Notes: generated by a model not told the origin, from the sequence alone. Positions 34,800-44,292 are shown, counted from the first letter of the stretch. The stretch is 64,000 bases of DNA from an uncultured virus (IMG/VR IMGVR_UViG_3300043099_000071) (IMGVR_UViG_3300043099_000071), one strand, 5' to 3'. Made by a program: numbers and translations.

Positions 34800-37358
34800 A
34801 TGGCCGTCGACAAAAGTTTAATGCAGGCTCCGATGGGTTTGGAAGCTCTTGCGGAAGACGAACCCGCAATCGAGATCATGATTGAAGACCCTGAGAGCGT
34901 AGCCATCGGCATGGACGGTGCTGTTATTGAGATGGTCAAGTCCGAGCCACGTGCTGAAGACTTTGACGCCAACCTCGCCGAGTTTATGAACGAAGGAGAG
35001 CTTCAGAGCCTCGCTTCAGAACTGATCGGCAACTACGAGCAAGATCTCTCCAGCCGCAAAGACTGGCTCGACACATATGTAAAAGGACTAAAGATCCTCG
35101 GTATCCGATACGAGGAAAGGACGGAGCCGTGGCCGGGTGCGTGTGGTGTGTTCCACCCGCTCCTCATGGAGAGCGCGGTCAAGTTCCAGTCCGAGACGAT
35201 CATGGAAGTGTTCCCGGCGATGGGTCCGGTCAAAGCCAAGATCATCGGCAAAGAGACGCAAGAGAAGCGTGACTCGGCAGTGCGTGTCACTGATGACATG
35301 AACTATCAACTGACCGAGGTGATGAAGGAGTACCGCCCGGAGCACGAGCGTTTATTGTTGAGCCTTGCCCTCGCCGGTAACGCCTTCAAGAAGGTGTACT
35401 TCGACCCGTCACTCAATCGCCAGACTGCCATTTATATCTCTGCTGAAGACATCATTGTGCCGTACGGCGCAGCGAACTTGGAAACAGCAGACCGTGTTAC
35501 GCACCGGATGCGTAAGACGAAGAATGAGTTGAGAAAATTGCAGTACGCTGGGTTCTACCGAGATGTGGATCTTGGTGAGCCGATGCGCGTCATGGACGAG
35601 GTTGAGAAGCAGAAGGCAGAGGACCAAGGGTTCTCAGCCAGCATGGACGACCGGTTCCAGCTTCTTGAGATGCACGTCAACATCGACCTGCCGGGATACC
35701 CTGACGTTGACAAAGACAACCATGAGACTGGGATAGCCCTTCCATACGTAGTAACCATCGAGAAAGGCACCGGTACCGTTCTGGCCATTCGGCGGAACTG
35801 GAGGGAAGATGACAAGCTCAAAGAAAGACGACAGCACTTTGTCCATTACGGATACATACCGGGATTTGGATTTTACTACTTCGGACTTATTCACCTTATC
35901 GGGGGACACAGTAAGGCTGCAACGTCACTGCTTCGCCAACTTATCGACGCAGGAACCCTCAGTAATCTCCCCGGTGGACTCAAGTCTAGAGGACTACGAA
36001 TTAAAGGAGACGATACTCCAATCGCTCCGGGCGAGTTCCGAGACGTAGATATTCCGTCAGGCGCGATCCGCGACAACATCCTGCCACTGCCGTACAAGGA
36101 GCCGAGCCAGACTCTTGCTTCGTTGATGGACCGAGTGGTCGAGGAAGGTCGCCGCTTCGCTGCGGTGTCGGATCTCAAAATCAGCGACATGTCCTCGCAG
36201 GCTCCGGTCGGCACCACGCTGGCTGTGCTGGAGCGTGTTCTCAAGGTCATGACCGCCGTGCAGGCTCGCGTGTACTACGCGATGAAACAGGAGTTCAAGC
36301 TCCTCGCAGGCATCATCCGAGACAACACGCCAGATGAATACACCTACGAGCCAGAAGTTGGTGATCGCAAGGCCAAGAAGGCTGACTACGATGATGTAGA
36401 TGTCATCCCGGTATCTGACCCGAATGCGTCAACAATGTCGCAGAAGGTGGTGCAGTACCAAGCAGTGCTTCAGCTATCTCAAACAGCGCCGCAGCTTTAT
36501 GACCTGCCGTATCTACACCGGCAGATGATCGAGACGCTGGGCGTGAGAAATGCGGATCGCATCGTGCCGTTGCCGCAGGATGCCAAGCCACGCGACCCCA
36601 TCACCGAGAACATGGACGTGATGACGGGCAAACCTGTCAAAGCGTTTATCTACCAAGATCACGAGGCTCACATCGCTGCACACGTGGCGTTGGGCCAAGA
36701 TCCCAAGATTGCTCAGCAGATCGGTCAAAACCCGATGGCTCAGCAGATTACGGCATCACTGCAAGCGCACATCATGGAGCACATGGCGTTTCAGTATCGC
36801 CGCGAGATCGAGAAGCAGTTGGGGGCCAGCCTCCCGCCGCTTCCGCAAGACGACCGAGACGAATACGACCTTTCACCCGAGGTCGAGGTTCAACTCTCGC
36901 AAGTTGCCGCCGCTGCGGCAGCACGTGTACTCCAGAAGGACAAGGCCGAGATGCAGGCTCAGCAGGCCCAGCAGCAGGCTCAAGATCCGCTGGTGCAGAT
37001 GCAGATGATGGACTTGCAGATCAAACAACTTCAGGCGCAAACGAAAGCGCAGCAGATGCAGATGGACGCACAGGTCCAGCAAGCCGAAATCGAGCGCAAA
37101 AAGCAGAAAGACATCATGGACGCCGCTGCCAAGGCAGACGAGTTGGAGCTTCGCAAAGCCGAAATCTCTGGCCGACAGCAGCTTGAAGCCGCACGACTTG
37201 GCGTGGATATCCAGAAAGACAAGGCCGCCCTCTCTGCCAAGCAGCAGATGGAAGGTGTCCGACTCGGATTGGAGATCGGCAAGGCGCAGGATGCTGCTGA
37301 TATGCAGCGTCAATCCATGCAAAAGAATTCGGAGCAACCCAAGAAAAAGGAGGACTAA
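34800..37358 (+). CDS. Portal protein (P22-like, with long Q-rich C-terminal barrel)
   Basis: 852 aa directly after terL; HPLLMES, AFKKVYFD, C-terminal coiled coil. Confidence 0.88.
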   Translation: MAVDKSLMQAPMGLEALAEDEPAIEIMIEDPESVAIGMDGAVIEMVKSEPRAEDFDANLAEFMNEGELQSLASELIGNYEQDLSSRKDWLDTYVKGLKILGIRYEERTEPWPGACGVFHPLLMESAVKFQSETIMEVFPAMGPVKAKIIGKETQEKRDSAVRVTDDMNYQLTEVMKEYRPEHERLLLSLALAGNAFKKVYFDPSLNRQTAIYISAEDIIVPYGAANLETADRVTHRMRKTKNELRKLQYAGFYRDVDLGEPMRVMDEVEKQKAEDQGFSASMDDRFQLLEMHVNIDLPGYPDVDKDNHETGIALPYVVTIEKGTGTVLAIRRNWREDDKLKERRQHFVHYGYIPGFGFYYFGLIHLIGGHSKAATSLLRQLIDAGTLSNLPGGLKSRGLRIKGDDTPIAPGEFRDVDIPSGAIRDNILPLPYKEPSQTLASLMDRVVEEGRRFAAVSDLKISDMSSQAPVGTTLAVLERVLKVMTAVQARVYYAMKQEFKLLAGIIRDNTPDEYTYEPEVGDRKAKKADYDDVDVIPVSDPNASTMSQKVVQYQAVLQLSQTAPQLYDLPYLHRQMIETLGVRNADRIVPLPQDAKPRDPITENMDVMTGKPVKAFIYQDHEAHIAAHVALGQDPKIAQQIGQNPMAQQITASLQAHIMEHMAFQYRREIEKQLGASLPPLPQDDRDEYDLSPEVEVQLSQVAAAAAARVLQKDKAEMQAQQAQQQAQDPLVQMQMMDLQIKQLQAQTKAQQMQMDAQVQQAEIERKKQKDIMDAAAKADELELRKAEISGRQQLEAARLGVDIQKDKAALSAKQQMEGVRLGLEIGKAQDAADMQRQSMQKNSEQPKKKED

Positions 37359-37547
37359 GTGAGCTATTCAAACGCTCTGGAATACCTTGAGACCAAACTC
37401 AAGGAGGAGCGCACATTGATCGTGGAAAACCTGATCCAAGGCAAATTGGCTGAAGGTGAGTACAAAAGGCTATGCGGGGCGTTACAGGGTCTCGACCTCG
37501 CAACCGGCTATATCAAAGACCTTGCAAAAAGGATGGAAGAAGAATGA
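37359..37547 (+). CDS. Small conserved head-cluster protein
   Basis: 62 aa, GGAGG RBS, EYKRLCGALQGL. Confidence 0.7.
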   Translation: MSYSNALEYLETKLKEERTLIVENLIQGKLAEGEYKRLCGALQGLDLATGYIKDLAKRMEEE

Positions 37548-37921
37548 GCAACATCGACGTAGAGAAGACACAGGAAGAGGCTGCCAAGGCCAAGCTCCTG
37601 CCCGACCCGAAAGGCTACCGAATGCTGTGTGCAGTTCCGCACGTAGAAGAGGAGTTTGAAGGCGGCATCATCAAGGCAGACAACACCGTCCGAACTGAAG
37701 AGCAGACCACCGTGGTTCTGTTCGTCATCAAGATGGGCGACCTCTGCTACAAGGACGAGGCTCGGTTCCCCACTGGGCCGTGGTGCAAAGAAGGCGACTT
37801 TGTCCTCACCCGTCCGTACTCGGGCACCCGCGTGGTTATCCATGGCCGGGAGTTCCGCATCATCAACGACGACACGGTAGAAGCGGTGGTCGACGACCCC
37901 CGTGGAATCCGCCGCGCATAA
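37544..37921 (+). CDS. groES: GroES-like co-chaperonin (start MSNID)
   Basis: PKGYRML, GGII, KEGDFV, YSGT, FRIINDDTVEAVV. Confidence 0.88.
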   Translation: MSNIDVEKTQEEAAKAKLLPDPKGYRMLCAVPHVEEEFEGGIIKADNTVRTEEQTTVVLFVIKMGDLCYKDEARFPTGPWCKEGDFVLTRPYSGTRVVIHGREFRIINDDTVEAVVDDPRGIRRA

Positions 37922-37931
37922 GGAGTAATCA

Positions 37932-38906
37932 ATGGCTATTGAGAAAGAAGAATTCAAGTTTCCTGACGAAGTAGCGCAGGAAGCACCGGCTGAAAAAGCC
38001 GAGGCCGAGCCTGAATTTCAGGTTCAGGTAGAAGACGATACCCCGCCAGAGGACCGAGGCCGTAAGCCACTGCCAAAGGAAGTAGTGGACGAGCTAGAGA
38101 AAGATGACCTTGAGGAGTACTCCGAGAAGGTCAAAAAGCGTCTTTCCCAGATGAAGAAGGTCTGGCACGACGAGCGACGTGAAAAGGAACGTGCGTTCCG
38201 TGAAAAGGAAGAGGCGCTCCGGTTTGCCCAGTTGCGGGAACAAGAGATCCGTCAGTTAAAGCACCGGTTGGGTAATGGCGAAAAAGCCTACCTGCAAGAA
38301 GTCACCAAGGCGGCTACCAATGACTTGGCTACAGCCAAGGAACGTCTGAAGCAGGCTTATGAGGCGGGCGATGCCGAAAAGATAACCGATGCACAAGAAG
38401 CCCTGACGGAAGCAAAGTTTAAAATTAAACAGTACGAAAACTTCCGACCCTCTTTACAAGAAGAGGACACAGGTGTACAACAAACTCAACAGTACCAAGT
38501 GCCCCCGGCACCTCAACCCGTCATCGACCCAAAAGCCGAGGCGTGGAAGGAGAAAAATCCGTGGTTTGGCACAGACGAGGAGATGACCGCCCTCGCTTTG
38601 GGACTGCACGAAAAATTGGTCCGGTCTGGAATCGATCCGCGTAGCGACGATTATTACGACCGAGTTAACACGACGATGAGGAAGCGTTTTCCGGAGGCAT
38701 TTGAAGATGCTGAGGAAGAGCGGACTCAAACGAAGGAGGCTGAAAAGCCTGCTCGCACAAAACCAGCCAATGTGGTTGCACCGGTCACACGGTCATCAGG
38801 CCCTCGTCAGATACGTCTGACGCCGACTCAGGTAGCCCTAGCCAAAAAGCTGGGACTGAGTAATGAGCAATATGCCCGTGAATTAATGAAACTGGAGGCT
38901 AACTAA
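37932..38906 (+). CDS. Capsid scaffolding protein
   Basis: Acidic N-terminus, coiled coil, NPWFG, C-terminal LAKKLGLSNEQYA; upstream of the capsid gene. Confidence 0.7.
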   Translation: MAIEKEEFKFPDEVAQEAPAEKAEAEPEFQVQVEDDTPPEDRGRKPLPKEVVDELEKDDLEEYSEKVKKRLSQMKKVWHDERREKERAFREKEEALRFAQLREQEIRQLKHRLGNGEKAYLQEVTKAATNDLATAKERLKQAYEAGDAEKITDAQEALTEAKFKIKQYENFRPSLQEEDTGVQQTQQYQVPPAPQPVIDPKAEAWKEKNPWFGTDEEMTALALGLHEKLVRSGIDPRSDDYYDRVNTTMRKRFPEAFEDAEEERTQTKEAEKPARTKPANVVAPVTRSSGPRQIRLTPTQVALAKKLGLSNEQYARELMKLEAN

Positions 38907-38907
38907 A

Positions 38908-39357
38908 ATGGCTGAAAACAGACTCGCACGTGAACTCGAAAGTCGAGAATCCGCGCAGCGCACAAAAACTTGGACCCCACCTCAGACGCTACCGGCACCA
39001 AATCCGCAGCCGGGTTGGGTCTTTCGATATATCCGGACCAGTATCATGGGCACTGCTGACCCATCGAATACCTCCGCAAAGTTTCGTGAAGGTTGGGAGC
39101 CTGTAAAGGCCGAAGATCATCCGGAACTGATGCACCACTCCGATCCGAATTCCAAATTTAAAGGGAACATCGAAATCGGAGGTTTGTTGTTGTGTAAGGC
39201 ACCGGAAGAGCTAATGAAGCAGCGTGATGATTATTACGCCCAGCAAGCAAAGGCTCAGATCCAGTCCGTAGACAATAACTTTATGAGACTGAACGACGAA
39301 CGGATGCCGCTGTTCAATGAACGCAAGTCCAGTACCTCGTTCGGTAAAGGTAAATAA
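38908..39357 (+). CDS. Conserved head-cluster protein
   Basis: 149 aa, FRYIR, REGWEPV, GGLLLCK. Confidence 0.75.
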   Translation: MAENRLARELESRESAQRTKTWTPPQTLPAPNPQPGWVFRYIRTSIMGTADPSNTSAKFREGWEPVKAEDHPELMHHSDPNSKFKGNIEIGGLLLCKAPEELMKQRDDYYAQQAKAQIQSVDNNFMRLNDERMPLFNERKSSTSFGKGK

Positions 39358-39378
39358 CTTTCTTTTTTGGAGTAACAA

Positions 39379-40038
39379 ATGGCTTATCCTTCCGTTGACA
39401 AGCCTTATGGCTTGAAGCCGATCAATCTGATCGGTGGGCAGGTGTTCGCCGGATCGACTCGTCAGCGTCGTATTGCTTCCAATGCCTCAAGCATTGGTTA
39501 TGGCGACCCGCTGAAGTTCGTGAACGACGGCACTGTTGCTGTGACAACCGAAACGACGACGGCTCCGGCCACCGGCTTTGCTGGTGTGTTTTTGGGCTGC
39601 ACGTTCGTTTCTTCTGTGACGGGTCAACCGACCTACTCGCAGGCTTGGATCTCGGGCACTTCGGTCAAGGCCAACACGTACATTGTTGCGTATGTGGCTG
39701 ATGATCCGGACACCCTGTTCAAGGCTGTTGGTGTGACGGCTTCGCTTGTGGTTTCAACCACGGGGGGTTTCACGTATTCAAGCGTTGGCTTGAACGCGGC
39801 TCTTGTGGCGAACACGTTGGACACGACTACGAACGATTCCCAGCAGGGTCTCCTCGTTTCGTCGGCTAACACCACGGCTTCGTTGCCGATCCGTATCGTT
39901 GATGTGGTTGAGGACACGGCGTTCGTTTCGAGCGGTACGGTCTACTACCCTGAAGTCATCGTCAAGTTCAACGCTCCCCACGTTGACTCGGGCGTGATCA
40001 CGGGCGGCCACGCTTATAACAACCCGGTCGGCCTGTAA
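39379..40038 (+). CDS. Probable capsid decoration/cement protein
   Basis: PYGLKP, GVFLGC, VADDPD; beta-rich; directly before the capsid gene. Confidence 0.65.
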   Translation: MAYPSVDKPYGLKPINLIGGQVFAGSTRQRRIASNASSIGYGDPLKFVNDGTVAVTTETTTAPATGFAGVFLGCTFVSSVTGQPTYSQAWISGTSVKANTYIVAYVADDPDTLFKAVGVTASLVVSTTGGFTYSSVGLNAALVANTLDTTTNDSQQGLLVSSANTTASLPIRIVDVVEDTAFVSSGTVYYPEVIVKFNAPHVDSGVITGGHAYNNPVGL

Positions 40039-40053
40039 TAGGAGTTCTGAAAC

Positions 40054-40962
40054 ATGGCTATTTCACGTGCACAATTACTCAAAGAGCTCCTGCCGGGCTT
40101 GAATGCCCTGTTCGGCCTTGAGTACAAGCAGTATGGTGAGGAGCACAAGGAGATCTACGATACCGAGACCTCCGAGCGTTCCTTTGAAGAAGAGACCAAG
40201 CTTTCTGGTTTCAGCGCCGCTCCGGTCAAGGCCGAAGGTGCTGCGATTGCGTATGACAACGCGCAGGAAGCATGGACTGCTCGCTACAACCACGAGACTA
40301 TCGCTCTCGGCTTCTCCATCACGGAAGAGGCGGTTGAAGACAACCTGTACGATTCGCTGTCCAAGCGATACACCAAGGCGCTCGCCCGAGCGATGGCGTA
40401 CACGAAGCAAGTCAAGGCGGCTTCTGTCCTGAACAACGGCTTCTCCTCCACCTACGCTGGTGGCGACGGAAAGGCTCTGTTCGCGGCGGATCACCCGCTT
40501 GTTTCGGGTGGTACCAACAGCAACCGTCTGACGGCTTCTGACCTCAACGAAACTTCGTTGGAAGCGGCTGTCATTCAGATCGCTGGTTGGACCGACGAAC
40601 GTGGTCTCTTGATCGCGGCGAAGCCCAACAAGCTCATCGTTCCCCCGGCTTTGATGTTCACTGCCAAGCGCCTCCTCGACACGGAACTCCGTGTTGCGAC
40701 CGCTGACAACGACATCAACGCTCTCAAGGCGATGGGTTCGATTCCGGGCGGTTACACCGTGAACCACTTCTTGACCGACACGAATGCTTGGTTCTTGACG
40801 ACCGACGTTCCGAACGGCATGAAGCACTTCGTACGTACCCCGCTGCAAAACAGCATGGACGGCGATTTCGACACCGGCAACGTCCGGTACAAGAGCCGCG
40901 AGCGTTATAGCTTCGGCTGGTCGGATCCGCTGGGCATGTTCGGTTCGCCGGGCGCGTCCTGA
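40054..40962 (+). CDS. Major capsid protein (Mu gpT-like family)
   Basis: MAISRAQLLKELLPGLNALFGLEY...RERYSFGWSD; strong codon bias; followed by a terminator. Confidence 0.92.
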   Translation: MAISRAQLLKELLPGLNALFGLEYKQYGEEHKEIYDTETSERSFEEETKLSGFSAAPVKAEGAAIAYDNAQEAWTARYNHETIALGFSITEEAVEDNLYDSLSKRYTKALARAMAYTKQVKAASVLNNGFSSTYAGGDGKALFAADHPLVSGGTNSNRLTASDLNETSLEAAVIQIAGWTDERGLLIAAKPNKLIVPPALMFTAKRLLDTELRVATADNDINALKAMGSIPGGYTVNHFLTDTNAWFLTTDVPNGMKHFVRTPLQNSMDGDFDTGNVRYKSRERYSFGWSDPLGMFGSPGAS

Positions 40963-40989
40963 TAGTTTGATGGTGACCTAGAGAGTTGG

Positions 40990-41027
40990 GGGGCTACGAG
41001 TAGCAATGCTTGTAGCCCCTCTTTTTT
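40990..41027 (+). terminator. Terminator after the major capsid gene
   Basis: GGGGCTACGAGTA-GCAA-TGCTTGTAGCCCC then T6. Confidence 0.88.
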
Positions 41028-41036
41028 AGTGATATA

Positions 41037-41118
41037 CAGTCGTTATCGGGAAAAAACCGTTTACCAGACAGACCCGACTGACGACATGCAGACTGGTAAA
41101 CACAACTCGCATGTGAGG
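41037..41118 (+). ncRNA. Pseudoknotted RNA downstream of the gpT-like capsid gene (possible Mu-gpT-DE motif)
   Basis: Three interleaved stems: 41046-50/41073-77, 41059-67/41093-101, 41084-89/41109-114. Confidence 0.6.
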
Positions 41119-41125
41119 TTTTGAA

Positions 41126-41359
41126 ATGGCTCGTACAACTTTTTCTGGCCCGGTTAAGTCTGACAACGGCTTCGAGGGTCCTATCGCTGGCGATTCCGCC
41201 GTCATCACGAATCTGGCTTGCACCACGCTCACGATTGGCAGCACCAAGCTGACCACCGGTTCGGTGTCGGGCACGGTGTCGGTTCAGGCAGGTCGCATCC
41301 CGGTTCTCATCGGCAGCACTACGCTCTACATTGGTTTGTACGCCAGTCTCGTCCCGTAA
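41126..41359 (+). CDS. Small virion protein (head fibre/decoration-like)
   Basis: MARTTFSGPV start, beta-rich. Confidence 0.7.
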   Translation: MARTTFSGPVKSDNGFEGPIAGDSAVITNLACTTLTIGSTKLTTGSVSGTVSVQAGRIPVLIGSTTLYIGLYASLVP

Positions 41360-41368
41360 GTTTTTGTG

Positions 41369-41388
41369 AGGGGGCGTCAGCCCCCTTT
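41369..41388 (+). terminator. Weak terminator-like hairpin
   Basis: AGGGGGC-GTCA-GCCCCCT then a short T run. Confidence 0.45.
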
Positions 41389-41408
41389 ACCCATTACAGG
41401 AGACTCAG

Positions 41409-41714
41409 ATGGCAATGCAAACAGATGTCCTTGCTAGTAAGGTCCGCACTGATGCAGGTCAGTTGTTGGACCAGAATAGCCTCGTTATTGGTCGTGCCCG
41501 TGTAAAGGCGATCTACATCGTTCCTGATTCGGGTGCTGGCACCGTTACGTTTATCGACGGCGGCGCAAGCGGCGCTACCAAAATCGTCGTCAACACCAAG
41601 GCTAGTTCCACTGCGGCGGACTACATCCTGATGCCGGGTGAAGGTCTTCTCTTCCAAGAGAACATCTACATCATCCCGTCAGCCGTGGTCTCGACGATGG
41701 TGATCTATGGCTAA
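41409..41714 (+). CDS. Virion structural protein
   Basis: MQTDV...PGEGLLF...YG, beta-rich, AGGAG RBS. Confidence 0.7.
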   Translation: MAMQTDVLASKVRTDAGQLLDQNSLVIGRARVKAIYIVPDSGAGTVTFIDGGASGATKIVVNTKASSTAADYILMPGEGLLFQENIYIIPSAVVSTMVIYG

Positions 41715-41961
41715 GTCTCCAGCTTGGCAGCGTAAAGAAGGGAAAAATCCGAAAGGCGGACTCAATGCCAAAGGCCGTGCGTCGTATAACGCAGCCAATC
41801 CCGGTAAGCCGGGATTGAAACGGCCTCAGCCTGAAGGTGGTGCCCGACGAGATTCCTTCTGTGCTCGCATGAAGGGCATGAAGAAAAAGCTGACTAGCAC
41901 AAAGACAGCCAATGATCCGAGCAGTCGTATCAACAAGTCTCTCAGAGCATGGAATTGTTGA
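41707..41961 (+). CDS. Small basic protein (DUF6321-like)
   Basis: KNPKGGLNAKGR, SFCARM, SLRAWNC. Confidence 0.75.
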   Translation: MAKSPAWQRKEGKNPKGGLNAKGRASYNAANPGKPGLKRPQPEGGARRDSFCARMKGMKKKLTSTKTANDPSSRINKSLRAWNC

Positions 41962-41962
41962 T

Positions 41963-42211
41963 ATGGAAATGCTGGTCTGGAACATGGTTCTTACGGGAAT
42001 CGTGGCCGTGCTTGGTTTTGTTGTGAAAGAGAAGTTTGCCGAACTTCAACGGTTGGGAATTCTCCTCAACAGAACCCGCGAAGAGATCGCCCGTGAACAC
42101 GTAACTCGTGCAGAAGTACGAGCCGATGCCCAGATGCTTCTTGACCGGCTTGACCGGCTGGAGCAGAAGATCGACAGATTGGTGAACAACAATGCCAAGC
42201 AAGTCGGGTAA
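41963..42211 (+). CDS. Membrane-anchored coiled-coil protein
   Basis: N-terminal TM helix then LDRLDRLEQKID. Confidence 0.65.
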   Translation: MEMLVWNMVLTGIVAVLGFVVKEKFAELQRLGILLNRTREEIAREHVTRAEVRADAQMLLDRLDRLEQKIDRLVNNNAKQVG

Positions 42212-42341
42212 ACAACATAGGTTGATGGCTTTGGTTGCGAATGACCCGAAAGCAGCCAAACGTCTTGGAGTCCCCCAGAAGGTTGGGAAAGATTTCATGA
42301 AGGCTGACAAGGGTCGCAAATTCAGGAGTAAATCCAAATGA
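42192..42341 (+). CDS. 49-aa basic protein, below the ORF-track cutoff
   Basis: MPSKSGKQHRLMALVANDPKAAKRLGVPQKVGKDFMKADKGRKFRSKSK; fills the gap, ATGA overlap with the next gene. Confidence 0.7.
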   Translation: MPSKSGKQHRLMALVANDPKAAKRLGVPQKVGKDFMKADKGRKFRSKSK

Positions 42342-42580
42342 TGAAGCGAAATATGGCTGATATGGCTGGCCGTGCTATGAAAGGTCGCACGGATGACAAG
42401 ATGGGTCGTGCAATGGCGGCTCCTCGTCCGGTTCGCGGCGGCGTTATGGCTGCCAAGAAGGGCGGCATGATGAAGTCCAAGGGCAATGGCGGTTCAGCCT
42501 CCAAACGTGCTGATGGCGTTGCCAGCAAGGGCAAGACCAAGGGCAAGATGGTCAAGATGGCTTACGGCGGGAAATGCTAA
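42338..42580 (+). CDS. Small basic protein with SASKRADG...KGKTKG tag
   Basis: 80 aa, AGGAG RBS. Confidence 0.75.
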   Translation: MMKRNMADMAGRAMKGRTDDKMGRAMAAPRPVRGGVMAAKKGGMMKSKGNGGSASKRADGVASKGKTKGKMVKMAYGGKC

Positions 42581-42861
42581 TGAAAAAGTATGCTGCTGGC
42601 GGCAAGATGAACACGAAGGGGGCTATGGGGAATACTAAAACTCGTCCGCCATCTCCGACACCTTCGTCCCCTTCGGACGACTTGATCCCCCCGTCAATGC
42701 TGCCGGATAAGTCCGTGATTCCTCCGGGCAAAGGCTTTGGCGACGATGTGAAGAAGAAACCTCCGGTCAAAAAAGCTGGCGGTGGTTCAATCCATTCGTC
42801 TGCTTCCAAGCGGGCTGACGGCTGCGCTGTCAAAGGCAAAACTCGCGGGAAGTTTGTATGA
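42580..42861 (+). CDS. Small basic/Pro-rich protein with SASKRADG...KGKTRG tag
   Basis: TAATG coupling to the previous gene. Confidence 0.75.
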   Translation: MKKYAAGGKMNTKGAMGNTKTRPPSPTPSSPSDDLIPPSMLPDKSVIPPGKGFGDDVKKKPPVKKAGGGSIHSSASKRADGCAVKGKTRGKFV

Positions 42862-43493
42862 AAAAGCTGTCTGAGATGACTGACGAGGAGCGGTACGGAA
42901 AGGTCGGTGCGGAGATCCGCCGACTTGATCCCGAGGCTTACAAGAATCGCCCCAAGAGCATGGAAGGCAACTTGAAGTTGCTGAAAGAACTCCGCAGTCG
43001 CAAGACTGAAGAGGCTAAGTCTGCTCCGCGTGGTCCGTCTCAGCGTTATGCAACTGGCCCCGCAGCAAAGGACAAGCGTGCTCAGGAAGATTTTTTGAGC
43101 CGTAATCCTCAGTACCGTGACCGTGAACCCGGTTTGAAAGCGGTAGACGAAGAGATGTTCAGCCCCGGTGCAAAACTCGCGGGTGCTGGCGTTGCTGGCG
43201 GCGCTGCTGCTTACGGCGTCAAGAAGTTGCTCGACCGTTTCCGTAACAAAAGTATGGAACGTGCTGGCAAGGAGTTGGCTGAGAAAGGCGTCCCGAGCGC
43301 GGATGATCTTGCTAAAGCCCGTACTCTGGCCAAGGAGCGTCGTGCCGTATCCAAGCGTGAGCGTGACATTGACGAGCGTCTGGCTAGTGACATGGCTGGC
43401 GGCTACAAGCGTGGTGGGGCTGTGAAGTCCTCTGCTTCGAGCCGTGCCGATGGTATCGCCAAGCGTGGCAGAACCAAGGGGCGAATGATCTGA
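42858..43493 (+). CDS. Basic protein with SASSRADG...RGRTKG tag
   Basis: 211 aa, ATGA coupling. Confidence 0.75.
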   Translation: MKKLSEMTDEERYGKVGAEIRRLDPEAYKNRPKSMEGNLKLLKELRSRKTEEAKSAPRGPSQRYATGPAAKDKRAQEDFLSRNPQYRDREPGLKAVDEEMFSPGAKLAGAGVAGGAAAYGVKKLLDRFRNKSMERAGKELAEKGVPSADDLAKARTLAKERRAVSKRERDIDERLASDMAGGYKRGGAVKSSASSRADGIAKRGRTKGRMI

Positions 43494-43789
43494 TGCTACC
43501 CTCCCGAGGCATGGGCGCGATTGCTAAAAACAAAGTCCCTAGGGCCAAGCGCCGTGGGGATAGCAAGCCTGTGATCGGGACGGGTAAGCCCATTCGTACC
43601 TTCAAGGAAGGCGGCGAAAGCAAGGTCAACGAGGCCGGTAACTATACGAAGCCGGGTATGCGTAAAGCGTTGTTCAATAGTATTAAAAACAGTGCGGTTC
43701 AGGGCACTGCCGCAGGGCAATGGTCGGCGCGGAAAGCGCAGTTGCTGGCAAAGCGGTACAAGGAAAAGGGCGGCGGGTACAAGTCATGA
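43493..43789 (+). CDS. Small basic protein
   Basis: NYTKPGMRK, GQWSARKAQLLA, GGGYK. Confidence 0.75.
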   Translation: MLPSRGMGAIAKNKVPRAKRRGDSKPVIGTGKPIRTFKEGGESKVNEAGNYTKPGMRKALFNSIKNSAVQGTAAGQWSARKAQLLAKRYKEKGGGYKS

Positions 43790-44031
43790 AGGCTCCGCAG
43801 CAGTCGTTAAAGGCATGGACTGCCCAGAAATGGAGAACCAAAAGTGGTAAACGATCTTCTGACACGGGTGAAAGGTATCTTCCGGAAGCTGCAATCAAAG
43901 CTCTTTCCCCCGGAGAATATGCCCGAACCACCGCAGCCAAGCGTAAAGGCAAAGCCCAAGGCAAGCAGTTCGTCGCCCAACCCAAAGGCATCTCGCAGAA
44001 AACCCGTGCGTATCGCCAAAGGGGTAAGTAA
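43786..44031 (+). CDS. Small basic protein (DUF5872-like, start MKAPQQ)
   Basis: SLKAWTAQKWRTKSG, GERYLP. Confidence 0.7.
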   Translation: MKAPQQSLKAWTAQKWRTKSGKRSSDTGERYLPEAAIKALSPGEYARTTAAKRKGKAQGKQFVAQPKGISQKTRAYRQRGK

Positions 44032-44034
44032 GAA

Positions 44035-44292
44035 GTGAACATGCAGAAGATTGTGGATATGTTGTTTCCGGTGCTGCTGGCCGCCGTTGGCTGGCTGTTG
44101 TCGGAGATCACATCGTTCAACAATCGCTTGATCGCTATTGAAGGCAAGATGCCTGCGTTGATTACGCCGGAAGGCGTCCCGACCGATAGCCCGATTAGTG
44201 CTGCTAATCGGCAGAGGCAGAAAGAAGAACTGCTGGATAAAATCTACGACCTGCAAATGCGGGTTAAGTTGATTGAAGAACGAGGCAAGTAA
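44035..44292 (+). CDS. Membrane-anchored coiled-coil protein
   Basis: TM segment LFPVLLAAVGWLL; C-terminal coiled coil. Confidence 0.6.
   Translation: MNMQKIVDMLFPVLLAAVGWLLSEITSFNNRLIAIEGKMPALITPEGVPTDSPISAANRQRQKEELLDKIYDLQMRVKLIEERGK

Noticed and set aside
5795..40848. Long antisense ORFs (e.g. 5795..6586, 7484..8281, 26734..27627, 40075..40848)
   Set aside because: Shadows of strongly codon-biased genes on the other strand; no RBS or protein-like motifs
41078..41125. Hammerhead ribozyme (CTGACGA core)
   Set aside because: The stem after CUGANGA is followed by GAGG, not GAAA, and stems I/III cannot be built
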